The notes under the pieces were generated by a model. It was not told where the DNA came from and did no database searches. It saw nothing but the letters and a program-made list of their open reading frames with translations. A program made the position numbers and the translations under genes. A stretch of DNA of 64,000 nt from a virus: IMG/VR virus record IMGVR_UViG_3300039452_000120; one strand, given 5' to 3'. This document shows, piece after piece, positions 8,423 to 17,350 of this stretch (the first letter of the stretch is position 1; each line of letters opens with the position of its first letter).

Positions 8423-9190
8423 ATGGAAAACCAACCAACAATCAAGAAAATCCTATACGTAGGTAGCCGGGACAATGACTTAGTTAAGTCTATTCGTACC
8501 ATATTTGAGGGGAAACCAGATGTGGTAGTGTCCGTAATGGAGCGTGCTGATATCAATGAAATGGATACCCGCACGAAGTTGAAAGTCATCAAGTGGCAAG
8601 AAAAGCAAAAGATGCACGACTTCATCAACAATCCCATCAATATCAAGATGGCTACAAAGAAAGGTGAAGACCTTTACCAGCATTTAAAAGAATACAAGGC
8701 TATTCAAGAATTTCGCAATACAATGGCTACTCAGACAACCCCGGAAGGTGAGATGAGCAGATTGCAGCTCGAAGCAATTCGTGATCACTGTAGGAACAAC
8801 TGGAATGGCTGGTTTATCATAAAAGATGTGGTAGAAGCCACTACTCTTAGCTATAAGGGTGGTAAAGAGTTATTGGATACTCTGTATGCATTCGGCTTTT
8901 GTGCTTTTCGTGAATATGAGGGTCAAACACAATACATGTTATTGTTAAGCCCTCACATGCAGCGTGATTATATCAACTTACTGTATGCCGAAAAGATGGA
9001 AGAACTGAAGATGCTTATGGGAATGCTCGATAATGCTAATGAGAAGGTTCAGACTTACGAAGCAGAACAGTTGGCTAAAGCGGAAACACTTGCCACTCCG
9101 ACTCTTAGTGAAGCTGAAAATTCAGATACTAAGCCTGTTAAAAAAACGCGTAAGAAAGTTGCTAAAGCTGAAGAAGGTGTTGAAAAGTAG
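8423..9190 (+). CDS. hypothetical protein (sits where a small terminase usually sits; unsupported by motifs)
   Basis: 255-aa ORF directly upstream of terL, with a Lys-rich C-terminal tail. Confidence 0.5.
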   Translation: MENQPTIKKILYVGSRDNDLVKSIRTIFEGKPDVVVSVMERADINEMDTRTKLKVIKWQEKQKMHDFINNPINIKMATKKGEDLYQHLKEYKAIQEFRNTMATQTTPEGEMSRLQLEAIRDHCRNNWNGWFIIKDVVEATTLSYKGGKELLDTLYAFGFCAFREYEGQTQYMLLLSPHMQRDYINLLYAEKMEELKMLMGMLDNANEKVQTYEAEQLAKAETLATPTLSEAENSDTKPVKKTRKKVAKAEEGVEK

Positions 9191-9233
9191 TTATTCTATT
9201 AATCCCAACATTCTAAAAGTTTTTTAAGAAAAT

Positions 9234-9266
9234 AAAAGCTGTCCTTGTGGCAGCTTTTATTGTTTT
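9234..9266 (+). terminator. rho-independent terminator
   Basis: Stem AAAAGCTGTC/GGCAGCTTTT (10 bp, one G-U), loop CTTGT, then ATTGTTTT. Confidence 0.65.
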
Positions 9267-9268
9267 AT

Positions 9269-9279
9269 CAGTTATTCCA
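9269..9279 (+). promoter_or_regulatory. copy of recurrent motif CAGTTATTCCA
   Basis: 20 nt upstream of the terL ATG; the same 11-mer recurs at 32754 and 58903. Confidence 0.35.
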
Positions 9280-9288
9280 CTTGGAACT

Positions 9289-12039
9289 ATGATAGGGCAA
9301 ACTGTAGACTTGTTTAACCCCATAAAGGGCATAAACGCATTTCAGCAAACTACTACGCTGAATAAACTGGAAGAAACTTACGCATTGGCAGAAGAAATCA
9401 TACTAAACTTAGATGAATTAGCCCTTGGTGAATTAATGGGTGGTAATTCGGATGATATTGATAAGTTGTATGATGCGTTGCTTTCCGAAATATACGAAGT
9501 TTTGTATGGTAAGGAAGGGCGAACGATTGAAGAAAGTAACTTACAATTCCTACCACATTTAACAGCGTCCGTAGAAGAAAACTTACGTATTACTAATCTT
9601 AACTATTTCGCTACATCTGTGTTGCCTAATTTCCAGATGAATTGGCATCACGTGGAGTGGGGAAACTTAGTAATGAAGTATAAAAAGCTGGCCATTATAG
9701 CGGCACGTGACCACGGGAAATGCGTAGCTTGTAATACATTGATAAGAATGTATGATGGTAGTTTAAAACGAGCGGATAATATACAGGTAGGTGATAAGCT
9801 AATGGGGATTGATTCAACACCTCGTGAAGTATTGAATGTGCATTTTGGCAGCGATAAAATGTACACAGTTCATCAAAAACGTGCATTATCTTATACCGTT
9901 AATTCGCGTCATACTATGCATTATCGCTGTAAAGGGAAAACTTGCAATATAGACATGAATGAATGGCTAAATAAGTCGGATTATTACCGTAGCACTTGTT
10001 ATGGCTATCGTGTTGGTTATGAATTACAAGAAAAGCATGTAAAAATTGATCCCTATTTCATGGGATTGTGGCTTGGTGATGGTAATTCTGATAGCCAGTA
10101 CATCACTAATACTGATAAAGAAGTGATAGTGTATTTACATAATTATGCTAAACAACTTGGATTAGTTTGTAATAATCATGATAATACTGATGTATGGTCA
10201 ATAAGTGATGAAAAAAGACAGTCAAATTGTTTACGAAATTGGCTAAAAGAATATGGCATCATTGGCAATAAGCATTTGCCTATAGATTATCTACAAAATA
10301 GCAAGTCTATACGCCTTAGTGTATTAGCAGGATTGGTTGATTCAGATGGCAATTTACATGAGGGTTGTTATTATATCGGTCAAAAAAGTGAACGTTTAGC
10401 TAAAGATATACAACAGTTAGCCTATTCATTAGGATATAGATGTTCAATATCTGTAAAGAATGAACAAATTCAATGGTTGAAAAGCGAAGATAAAAACTAC
10501 ACAACTTATGAATGCTGCATAACAGGTGATATTCATGAAATACCTGTTAAAATAGTACGAAAAAAGAAGTATCAAAGATTTGATAGCCGTAAGGATTTTC
10601 AAAATTCAAGCCTTTCAGTTGAAGAAGCAGGATATGGGAAATATGTAGGTTTTGAAGTTGATAAAGACCATTTGTTCCTATTAGAAGATGGTACAGTACT
10701 TCATAATTCTTATTTCTTGTCGCATCTTGTACCAGTCTGGAAAATGTACCGTTATACATCTCAAAAGAACTTGATGAGTACACATACCAACAGTCGGGCT
10801 GTTGATTTAGCACTATGTGAACGTGGTTTTATTATTACTAATGAGATGGAGTTGGCTAAGGACTTACTCGAAATTGTAAAAGGAACTATTGAAGAAAATC
10901 CCATACTTTATGAACGTCTTTTCCCCACCAATAAAGACAATTGGAGTACCATTAAAATAAAGTGTAAGAATGGTGCACGGTTAGCCCTGAAGTCTTATGG
11001 TTCATCTTTTCGCGGTCGTCACCCACATTATATTCTCGTAGATGACTTTTTAAAGGACAACGTGCTGTATTCTGAATTACAGCGTAAGAAAGCTACTGAT
11101 TACTTTCATTCTGTAATAATGAATGCCATTGTACCAGGTGGTCAAGTAATACTTGCTGGTACACCATTTCATGAAGCTGATTTGTATGGTGATTTGAAAG
11201 AGTCAATGAAGCGGTCAATGAATTCCAATGACCCCGAAATACGCAAGCGGTCGTGGATGGTATTTGAATATCCTTCGGTTTATCCTAATGGGACGGTACT
11301 TTGGGAAACACGCTATCCTTTAGGCGATTTATTACAAAAGCGTGAAGATCAAGGTAATTTGCGCTTTAGCCGGGAGCACTTGGTCAGACCAATTGTATCA
11401 GACTCATCTATTTTTCCATATGATATATTAAAGAATGCTATATTAGGAATGGAGAAATATAACTTGGTCAATAGCCGAGAAAATTTTCCTATAAAGTTTA
11501 ATCGTGTGTTAACCGCTTGTGACTTTGCAATGTCTTCCAGCGTGGGAGCGGATTATAGTGCTTTCGGCACGTTTGGAGTGGATGATATGAACCGCTTGTG
11601 GTTACTTAACTTATGGCGTGATAAAGGTAAATCTTATGGCGAGCAATTGGCTAAAATGAAGTCAATCAATGCTAACTTCCGACCTGATATTATGATACTG
11701 GAAGCTAACCAGTTTCAAACTATCTTCGTTGAAGGGGCAATGGACAGTGGACTTCCTGTAATTCCTCACCACACTGGTACAAATAAATACAATCTCGAAG
11801 AAGGATTGCCGTCAGTAGCCTTATTGTTTGAACATAACCGGGTTAAATTCCCTCGTGGAGATCAATATAGTCGTGATATGACTGATATTATGATGTCTGA
11901 ATTAGCAGCTGTGACTTGGACAGATAAAGGCAAGTTGGAAGGGGTGGGAGAACATGACGATACCGCAATGATGTTGTGGTTAGCTAAAGTCGGAACATCT
12001 TTAATCAGTAGTGGGTTTAGTTTTGGCTTTTTGGGCTAA
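9289..12039 (+). CDS. terL: terminase large subunit, intein-containing precursor
   Basis: Walker A AARDHGK|S split by the intein; Walker B HYILVDDF; LAGTPFH; nuclease-domain acidic motifs CDFAMS and GEHDDTAMM. Start moved from GTG 9247 (inside the terminator) to ATG 9289. Confidence 0.85.
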   Translation: MIGQTVDLFNPIKGINAFQQTTTLNKLEETYALAEEIILNLDELALGELMGGNSDDIDKLYDALLSEIYEVLYGKEGRTIEESNLQFLPHLTASVEENLRITNLNYFATSVLPNFQMNWHHVEWGNLVMKYKKLAIIAARDHGKCVACNTLIRMYDGSLKRADNIQVGDKLMGIDSTPREVLNVHFGSDKMYTVHQKRALSYTVNSRHTMHYRCKGKTCNIDMNEWLNKSDYYRSTCYGYRVGYELQEKHVKIDPYFMGLWLGDGNSDSQYITNTDKEVIVYLHNYAKQLGLVCNNHDNTDVWSISDEKRQSNCLRNWLKEYGIIGNKHLPIDYLQNSKSIRLSVLAGLVDSDGNLHEGCYYIGQKSERLAKDIQQLAYSLGYRCSISVKNEQIQWLKSEDKNYTTYECCITGDIHEIPVKIVRKKKYQRFDSRKDFQNSSLSVEEAGYGKYVGFEVDKDHLFLLEDGTVLHNSYFLSHLVPVWKMYRYTSQKNLMSTHTNSRAVDLALCERGFIITNEMELAKDLLEIVKGTIEENPILYERLFPTNKDNWSTIKIKCKNGARLALKSYGSSFRGRHPHYILVDDFLKDNVLYSELQRKKATDYFHSVIMNAIVPGGQVILAGTPFHEADLYGDLKESMKRSMNSNDPEIRKRSWMVFEYPSVYPNGTVLWETRYPLGDLLQKREDQGNLRFSREHLVRPIVSDSSIFPYDILKNAILGMEKYNLVNSRENFPIKFNRVLTACDFAMSSSVGADYSAFGTFGVDDMNRLWLLNLWRDKGKSYGEQLAKMKSINANFRPDIMILEANQFQTIFVEGAMDSGLPVIPHHTGTNKYNLEEGLPSVALLFEHNRVKFPRGDQYSRDMTDIMMSELAAVTWTDKGKLEGVGEHDDTAMMLWLAKVGTSLISSGFSFGFLG
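9721..10707 (+). mobile_element. intein with LAGLIDADG homing-endonuclease domain
   Basis: Starts CVACNTLI right after the P-loop GK and ends ...LLEDGTVLHN followed by Ser. Two LAGLIDADG motifs (FMGLWLGDGNS, LAGLVDSDGNL). 987 nt = 329 codons, in frame. Confidence 0.8.
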
Positions 12040-12040
12040 A

Positions 12041-12051
12041 CAGTTATTAAC
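12041..12051 (+). promoter_or_regulatory. copy of recurrent motif CAGTTATTAAC
   Basis: Intergenic, 34 nt upstream of ATG 12075. Confidence 0.3.
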
Positions 12052-12074
12052 AACATTCAAATTTTGGTCAATAA

Positions 12075-12860
12075 ATGGAAACATTAGCTTTAACACAAAA
12101 AGACTTCGAGTCACCCACTCGTGGTATTAACTTGGGTTCATTCACTAATATAGGCATAAGTGAAAGAGAATTCAGCAACCGTTACGGTAAGGGAACACAT
12201 TCTGTCCTTACCACTGCTCAAATGGCGGAACTCATTTACAAGTCACAGGAATTGACTGATATTGAGAAAGCAGACCTTGCTTCCGAAGAACTGCTAAAAG
12301 TTGAGCGCGTTCTGGTTGACCTCGAAAAAGGTGGTCAAAGTTTAGTGTTTTGCATTGAAATCCCCAAGGCTAATGAAATTGAGAAAGCTGGTGGGGACGA
12401 CCTTCAAAAAGCCGTCTTGGACACTTACCAAAGTAAACTTGAATTCAAGAAGAAAGGTAAGGACATCAAAGATAAATTAGCGACCGTAAAGACCAATATC
12501 AATACTCGCATTGCACAAATGAGTATTGCTTTAGCCGCACTTCAGGTAGCCATTGGAGAAGACCCAAGTGAGATTGCTCAGAATTGGTATTATCGTGGCA
12601 ATGATCAATCCAATATTGGTGTATATTTAACTTATCCTAACGAAATGTGTTATTACAATGATCGGGACGGTTTAAGTGGTTCAATGGGCGGTAATTTCAC
12701 TAAAGACCAGTGTGTTCAGTGTCGTGAATATAATGACGCTGTATACAACATTATATCACTTAAATGTGATTTAGCCGAATGTGATATGTACATTAATAAC
12801 TTGGAAGACGGTGACACTTATACCCTTTCAGGTGATCAAATGCGTACATTAGGTTATTAA
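12075..12860 (+). CDS. hypothetical protein
   Basis: 261-aa ORF with a Cys-rich C-terminal part. Confidence 0.55.
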   Translation: METLALTQKDFESPTRGINLGSFTNIGISEREFSNRYGKGTHSVLTTAQMAELIYKSQELTDIEKADLASEELLKVERVLVDLEKGGQSLVFCIEIPKANEIEKAGGDDLQKAVLDTYQSKLEFKKKGKDIKDKLATVKTNINTRIAQMSIALAALQVAIGEDPSEIAQNWYYRGNDQSNIGVYLTYPNEMCYYNDRDGLSGSMGGNFTKDQCVQCREYNDAVYNIISLKCDLAECDMYINNLEDGDTYTLSGDQMRTLGY

Positions 12861-12892
12861 GCCGTCCCCGGTTAACATTTACTATAAAACAA

Positions 12893-13240
12893 ATGAAGCG
12901 TCAGATGTTCACTATCGACTATTCTCTTTTAACAGATTGTGCAATCTGTGGTCTGGCAGGTTATGGTGTGAGATGGCGTTTAGACCGTAAGAAAGACCCA
13001 AAGCCAGATGGGTGGTTTCAGCTGTTTGCTTCTATAGGCAGCACATACATTGGGTATTTTACTTATAACTTCTACAAAATAAAGTTCACCCCTATTGAAC
13101 TCTGGATATTCGTGCTTAGTTTCATGGGGGCATTTTTAGTTACTTCTATTGATTTCGTATCAAAAAATGGTATCCTTATCTACTTGCGAAAGTTGGCTGA
13201 GGATTTTTTAGCATTCACAAAAGCGGACAAAAAACTGTAA
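12893..13240 (+). CDS. membrane protein
   Basis: 115 aa with about 3 hydrophobic segments. Confidence 0.5.
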   Translation: MKRQMFTIDYSLLTDCAICGLAGYGVRWRLDRKKDPKPDGWFQLFASIGSTYIGYFTYNFYKIKFTPIELWIFVLSFMGAFLVTSIDFVSKNGILIYLRKLAEDFLAFTKADKKL

Positions 13241-13244
13241 AACT

Positions 13245-13658
13245 ATGAATACGGATTTAGCTTATCAACTCTTGTCAATCTTTGGAACACTGATAGTGTT
13301 TTTCCTTTTCATTGAAGTTGTATTTTCAATGAAGTACAGCTTTTACAACATTATAGTCAACTTTATAAAGTGGCTATTTTGTAAAATAGTATTGAGAAAA
13401 GATTACCCTCAATACTTAGAGCCAATTGAATGGCTCAGTAAACACACAGGTTTTATCGGAGCAGTGATGATCGTAATAGGTCATTTTTATTCGTTGATAG
13501 CCTTAGTGATGCAATTGCGCTTAGGGACTTACCACAATGAGCCAACTGCTTACTTTATATCTTCTCCACTGAATCAGTTTGGCTTAATTTTATTGTGGGT
13601 TAACCCAGTTATCACATTTGTTAAGAATAAATTTATAAAACATTCAAAAAATGGATAA
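13245..13658 (+). CDS. membrane protein
   Basis: 137 aa with about 4 hydrophobic segments. Confidence 0.5.
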   Translation: MNTDLAYQLLSIFGTLIVFFLFIEVVFSMKYSFYNIIVNFIKWLFCKIVLRKDYPQYLEPIEWLSKHTGFIGAVMIVIGHFYSLIALVMQLRLGTYHNEPTAYFISSPLNQFGLILLWVNPVITFVKNKFIKHSKNG

Positions 13659-14046
13659 AGTAAACCTGAGCACGCTTACAGCGTGGCAACGCTTTAAAGC
13701 GGAATGTCCAATATGGGCTAAACGGTTAATTAAATGGTGTATCGGTGTAGCAGGAACTGCTACAGCTTTGGTAACTGCAAAAGCCACTCACATATTTGAG
13801 GACGTGTTTCCTCATTTGTTTTGGACAGTTTGTCACTATTTAATTGCTATGGGAGTAGCTGCTGGTGCAGTGGCTAAAAACACCGTTGATCAAGATAAGT
13901 TACAAGCCAAAGCAGATGCTCAGGCACAAGCGAGCACGCCAGAAGGTTCATTAACTTCTACTATCACACAAGTAGCGGAAGCAGCTGCAGGTGAAACCCC
14001 AGTCGCAACTACACCTGTTCAAAACACACCACCAGCACAAGGTTAA
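13651..14046 (+). CDS. membrane protein with Ala/Thr/Pro/Gln-rich tail
   Basis: 131 aa, about 2 hydrophobic segments, low-complexity C-terminus. Confidence 0.5.
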   Translation: MDKVNLSTLTAWQRFKAECPIWAKRLIKWCIGVAGTATALVTAKATHIFEDVFPHLFWTVCHYLIAMGVAAGAVAKNTVDQDKLQAKADAQAQASTPEGSLTSTITQVAEAAAGETPVATTPVQNTPPAQG

Positions 14047-14056
14047 TAAAAGTAAT

Positions 14057-14374
14057 ATGTTACCATCAATAAAAACAATTTACAGCTTCGTGATAATTGG
14101 ATTATTGCTCGCTGTAGCCATGCCTTCGCACGGTTCGCCCCCCAAACAGAAAGTGGAATACGTTAAACACGTACAGCCATCTAATGATGCTAATATTATA
14201 AAAGAAAACCTGTTTTGCGCTGAAATAAGCGTACCTGAAGTAGCCCCGGTGGTTGAACTACATAAAGTCTACCGAAGTCTGGAAGTGCTGCAATATAGCA
14301 AAAATGCCTACCTGGTCGTCCGGCAGAAAAGTTTTGACCAAAGTAAGGTAGGTTGGCGTACTTACAATATATAA
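14057..14374 (+). CDS. small exported protein
   Basis: Trimmed to ATG 14057; signal-peptide-like MLPSIKTIYSFVIIGLLLAVAMPSHG. Confidence 0.45.
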   Translation: MLPSIKTIYSFVIIGLLLAVAMPSHGSPPKQKVEYVKHVQPSNDANIIKENLFCAEISVPEVAPVVELHKVYRSLEVLQYSKNAYLVVRQKSFDQSKVGWRTYNI

Positions 14375-14398
14375 AGCTAACATTCCGACATTTTGCAG

Positions 14399-14430
14399 TA
14401 GCCCTCACCACAATGAGGGCTATTTTGTTG
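14399..14430 (+). terminator. rho-independent terminator
   Basis: Perfect 9-bp stem TAGCCCTCA/TGAGGGCTA, 6-nt loop, then TTTTGTTGTT. Confidence 0.7.
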
Positions 14431-14454
14431 TTGAGCAACGTTATTGAGATTGTT

Positions 14455-15735
14455 ATGTCAATAGAAGCTCAACAAATCGGACAATTCAATTCAATCAATG
14501 AATTAAGGCTTGAAGTTCAATACAAGCGTAATTACAATAATCAGCGCATTGAGGGTCAAAAGAACGGCTTGCCTTGGGCAGTCAACGTCATCAAGCTTTA
14601 CTTCCGCACTCCAGATGGGGACTTAATATATAAACCTTGGAGTTATAGCAGGTGGAAAGATATTATCGTTGAATATGAGTTCGCTAAACAAGTGTTTAGT
14701 GAATTTGGTTTGATTGGATACGTTGGATTGGCCAAAGATGCTCATCAATATCAAGCAGGAAACATTGAAAAAGCCGGAGAATGGTCTTTGAAGGTGTGGG
14801 AAGTGGGAATGAGTGAGCGTAAGAAATTGTCTCCAAATGAATTGGTCAATGATGTGATCACCCGATTTTACATTAGAATGCTCTTAGAAGGCAAGCTGCC
14901 TTGGCGTGAACCCTTACGCTTTAAAGAACTTCCTTACACGCTTGTCTTTGGTAATGAAGTACGGTTTCAAGGCATCAACCTCTTAACTGTCCTTTGCTCA
15001 GGAATGACTTACGGTATCACCAAAAATCAAGTTGAAGAACTGGGTGGGGAACTGGAGTACAATGCAAAAAAGTGGCCAATGGTGAGGTATAAGTGGTACA
15101 ATTTCGTATTAAAAGATGGTGTAGTTACAAAAGTTACTTACATAGCTAACATGTGGATTGATGAATGGGGAAACAAGTACAAACGTTCTCAAGTGAAGCA
15201 AGGATGGTTCATTAAGCCTTATTATTTATACGATGCTGAAACACAAGTTAACAATATTGAAGCCTTCCTACCAGTTTGCACTGAAATACATAGTATGTCT
15301 TCCCTTGATTTTGTAGACAAGGTGATTGAAGAAATGGGTGCTAAAGCCCCTCGCATTTTGCGTGGGTCAGAAATTAATTATTACAATATGGAATATGATA
15401 CAATCAATATCGGTGATTTAGACCGTTTTGAGAGCAGCAATGAATATTGTTTTATGATGTTTCGCTTGTTAGCTTATTCTGTATTTCGTTTTAATAGGCT
15501 TAATAAAGATACTGAAAAATATGACCTTTTTCTTGTAACGGAGTTCGTAGCCACGTTTTTATGCGCCGAGGGACGAATTAACCCACCTCGTGGGCCAGAG
15601 ATCACCGAAGTGATAAATCAAAGCTTAGAGGCACTTAAAAATGATCGAAACGTCCTAATTCGTTCCGCTCAGGTCGCCTCGAAAATTGTTAGATACATAC
15701 TTAATAAACCTGAATATGATGGACTTAACGATTGA
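14455..15735 (+). CDS. ArdC-N-like (ssDNA-binding, anti-restriction type) domain protein
   Basis: LLEGKLPWREPL...FQGINLLTVL...ITKNQVEELGGEL follows the ArdC N-terminal pattern (GxxPWxxPW...GIN...QAxxLGG). No HExxH seen in the C-terminal half. Start moved to ATG 14455, past the terminator. Confidence 0.5.
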   Translation: MSIEAQQIGQFNSINELRLEVQYKRNYNNQRIEGQKNGLPWAVNVIKLYFRTPDGDLIYKPWSYSRWKDIIVEYEFAKQVFSEFGLIGYVGLAKDAHQYQAGNIEKAGEWSLKVWEVGMSERKKLSPNELVNDVITRFYIRMLLEGKLPWREPLRFKELPYTLVFGNEVRFQGINLLTVLCSGMTYGITKNQVEELGGELEYNAKKWPMVRYKWYNFVLKDGVVTKVTYIANMWIDEWGNKYKRSQVKQGWFIKPYYLYDAETQVNNIEAFLPVCTEIHSMSSLDFVDKVIEEMGAKAPRILRGSEINYYNMEYDTINIGDLDRFESSNEYCFMMFRLLAYSVFRFNRLNKDTEKYDLFLVTEFVATFLCAEGRINPPRGPEITEVINQSLEALKNDRNVLIRSAQVASKIVRYILNKPEYDGLND

Positions 15736-15889
15736 CTTTTTGGTAATAGTTTTCATAGTGTTGATACTATTTCTATTTGTAAAAATAATGGCTAAAGTTA
15801 TCTATTGGCTATTATGCATAAGCATTCTGCGCTTAATTATAAGCATTATTTGTACAATGCTACTCATATACATTCTTAGTAATAAATAA
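15716..15889 (+). CDS. small two-pass membrane protein
   Basis: MMDLTIDFLVIVFIVLILFLFV...LLCISILRLIISIICTMLLIYIL. Confidence 0.4.
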   Translation: MMDLTIDFLVIVFIVLILFLFVKIMAKVIYWLLCISILRLIISIICTMLLIYILSNK

Positions 15890-15978
15890 TAAGATTGCAG
15901 GTAGATGCACACAATTTTAAAATAAATTTTAGAATACCAAACTTTATTACGACCTTTGTCTTAACAAACAAAGGTAAC

Positions 15979-16305
15979 ATGAAAGCATCAAAACGTAAAA
16001 TTGTAAATCATCTGAAGGCTGGTAAGCCATGGATGTACAAAAATCACCCCTGCAGTGAACCAAACACAATACACTTTGTATCAGAAGTTCCTTGGGAAAA
16101 TGGTGAAATTTCTTACACCATAAATACAAAAATATTACACACAAGCGGCAATGTACTTATCAATCCCTTTGATATTGCCCCTATAACTTTCAAGCCTACT
16201 GGGCATATGGAAGTGTTTCTAAACATAGGCGACATTAACGCAAGAGTCACTCTAAACTTCGATAAAATCATCCTTTTAGACAACAAATACAAACCTTTAC
16301 AATAA
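15979..16305 (+). CDS. hypothetical protein
   Basis: Track ORF 15895 starts on TTG; trimmed to ATG 15979 (MKASKRK...). Confidence 0.45.
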   Translation: MKASKRKIVNHLKAGKPWMYKNHPCSEPNTIHFVSEVPWENGEISYTINTKILHTSGNVLINPFDIAPITFKPTGHMEVFLNIGDINARVTLNFDKIILLDNKYKPLQ

Positions 16306-17336
16306 TGGCAAAGATTAAATTTAAAACCATTCATTTACACATGCGTAACCGGGATAAACTCATACTGGTTAACGACATCATCGAAAGCTACCTACAAAGG
16401 GGCTTTCGTATGACCCTACGTCAGCTTTACTATCAGCTTGTATCACGTGACATTATTCCTAACAATGACCTTGAATATGGTAAACTGGGTGACTTGATGG
16501 TTGCCGGGCGAATGATGGGAGTGGTTGACTGGGATGCTATTGTAGACCGTGGGCGTGCTCCCAAATTGCCTTATTTCTCAGATAGTGTGAATGATGCTAT
16601 TAGGGCAGCAGGTGACGAATACCGAGAAGACCGTCAATTTGGTCAAAATACTTATGTTGAAATCTGGGTTGAGAAGGATGCCTTAAGTGAAGTACTTTGG
16701 TACAAATCAGCTCATTATCATATCAATTTAATGGTAAATCGCGGTTACAGCAGTTGTACAGCTATGTTTCAATCATTTAACCGCTTCAAAGATGCTATTG
16801 ACAATGGTAAACAAGTTCACATTTTATATGTAGGTGATCATGACCCTTCAGGATTGGACATGCTACGTGATATCAATGAACGTCTTGCGGAATTTGGTTG
16901 CGATGAAGCACAATTGACTCATATTGCTCTCACTAAACGTCAGATAAACTTATACAATCCACCACCTAACCCTGCTAAAATCAAAGACCCACGTTATGGT
17001 TGGTATGTTGAAAAGCACGGAGATGTGAGTTGGGAAGTAGATGCCCTGACTCCCGAAGCCCTTCATCAAACAGTCGATGTTAATATCAAAAATCTGATTG
17101 ATATGGACAAGTTCAAAGCTGCTGTTTTGAAGGAAGCAGAGAACCGGGCTAAACTGCAATCATTGCCTGCGATGATAACTAATTTGAGAAATTGGAGAGA
17201 CAACACCGTTAACACTCTCAGCGTCATTGATCGTATCAAGAGGGACTTATCAGCTGATGAACTCAACACTTATATTGAGTTGAGCCGCAAGCTGGAAGAA
17301 ATGAAATTGAAAGTTCCTGAATTGATGCAATTTTAG
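16305..17336 (+). CDS. Spo11/Topo VI-A-like protein (winged-helix 5Y-CAP + Toprim)
   Basis: TLRQLYYQLVS (R-x-L-Y-Y catalytic-Tyr-type motif), WVEKDAL (Toprim Glu), YVGDHDPSGLDM (Toprim DxD), in the order found in Topo VI-A. Confidence 0.5.
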   Translation: MAKIKFKTIHLHMRNRDKLILVNDIIESYLQRGFRMTLRQLYYQLVSRDIIPNNDLEYGKLGDLMVAGRMMGVVDWDAIVDRGRAPKLPYFSDSVNDAIRAAGDEYREDRQFGQNTYVEIWVEKDALSEVLWYKSAHYHINLMVNRGYSSCTAMFQSFNRFKDAIDNGKQVHILYVGDHDPSGLDMLRDINERLAEFGCDEAQLTHIALTKRQINLYNPPPNPAKIKDPRYGWYVEKHGDVSWEVDALTPEALHQTVDVNIKNLIDMDKFKAAVLKEAENRAKLQSLPAMITNLRNWRDNTVNTLSVIDRIKRDLSADELNTYIELSRKLEEMKLKVPELMQF

Positions 17337-17350
17337 TTATTGTTACAAGA

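Noticed and set aside
8423-9190. Calling ORF 8423-9190 the small terminase subunit
   Set aside because: Only position supports this. A terminator separates it from terL and I recognise no TerS-type HTH or oligomerisation motif.
9247-9288. GTG start at 9247 for the terminase (track coordinates 9247-12039)
   Set aside because: The GTG lies inside the 3' arm region of the 9234-9266 terminator hairpin. The first ATG (9289) follows the hairpin and the CAGTTATTCCA motif.
12893-13240. Calling the first membrane protein of the 12893-14046 trio a holin
   Set aside because: It is not adjacent to the muramidase (26745), has no recognisable holin family motif, and sits in the accessory island. It is left as a generic membrane protein.
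14353-14454. N-terminal extension of the ArdC-N-like ORF (track start 14353)
   Set aside because: The extension overlaps the end of the upstream gene and reads through the 14399-14430 terminator. ATG 14455 is the first start after it.
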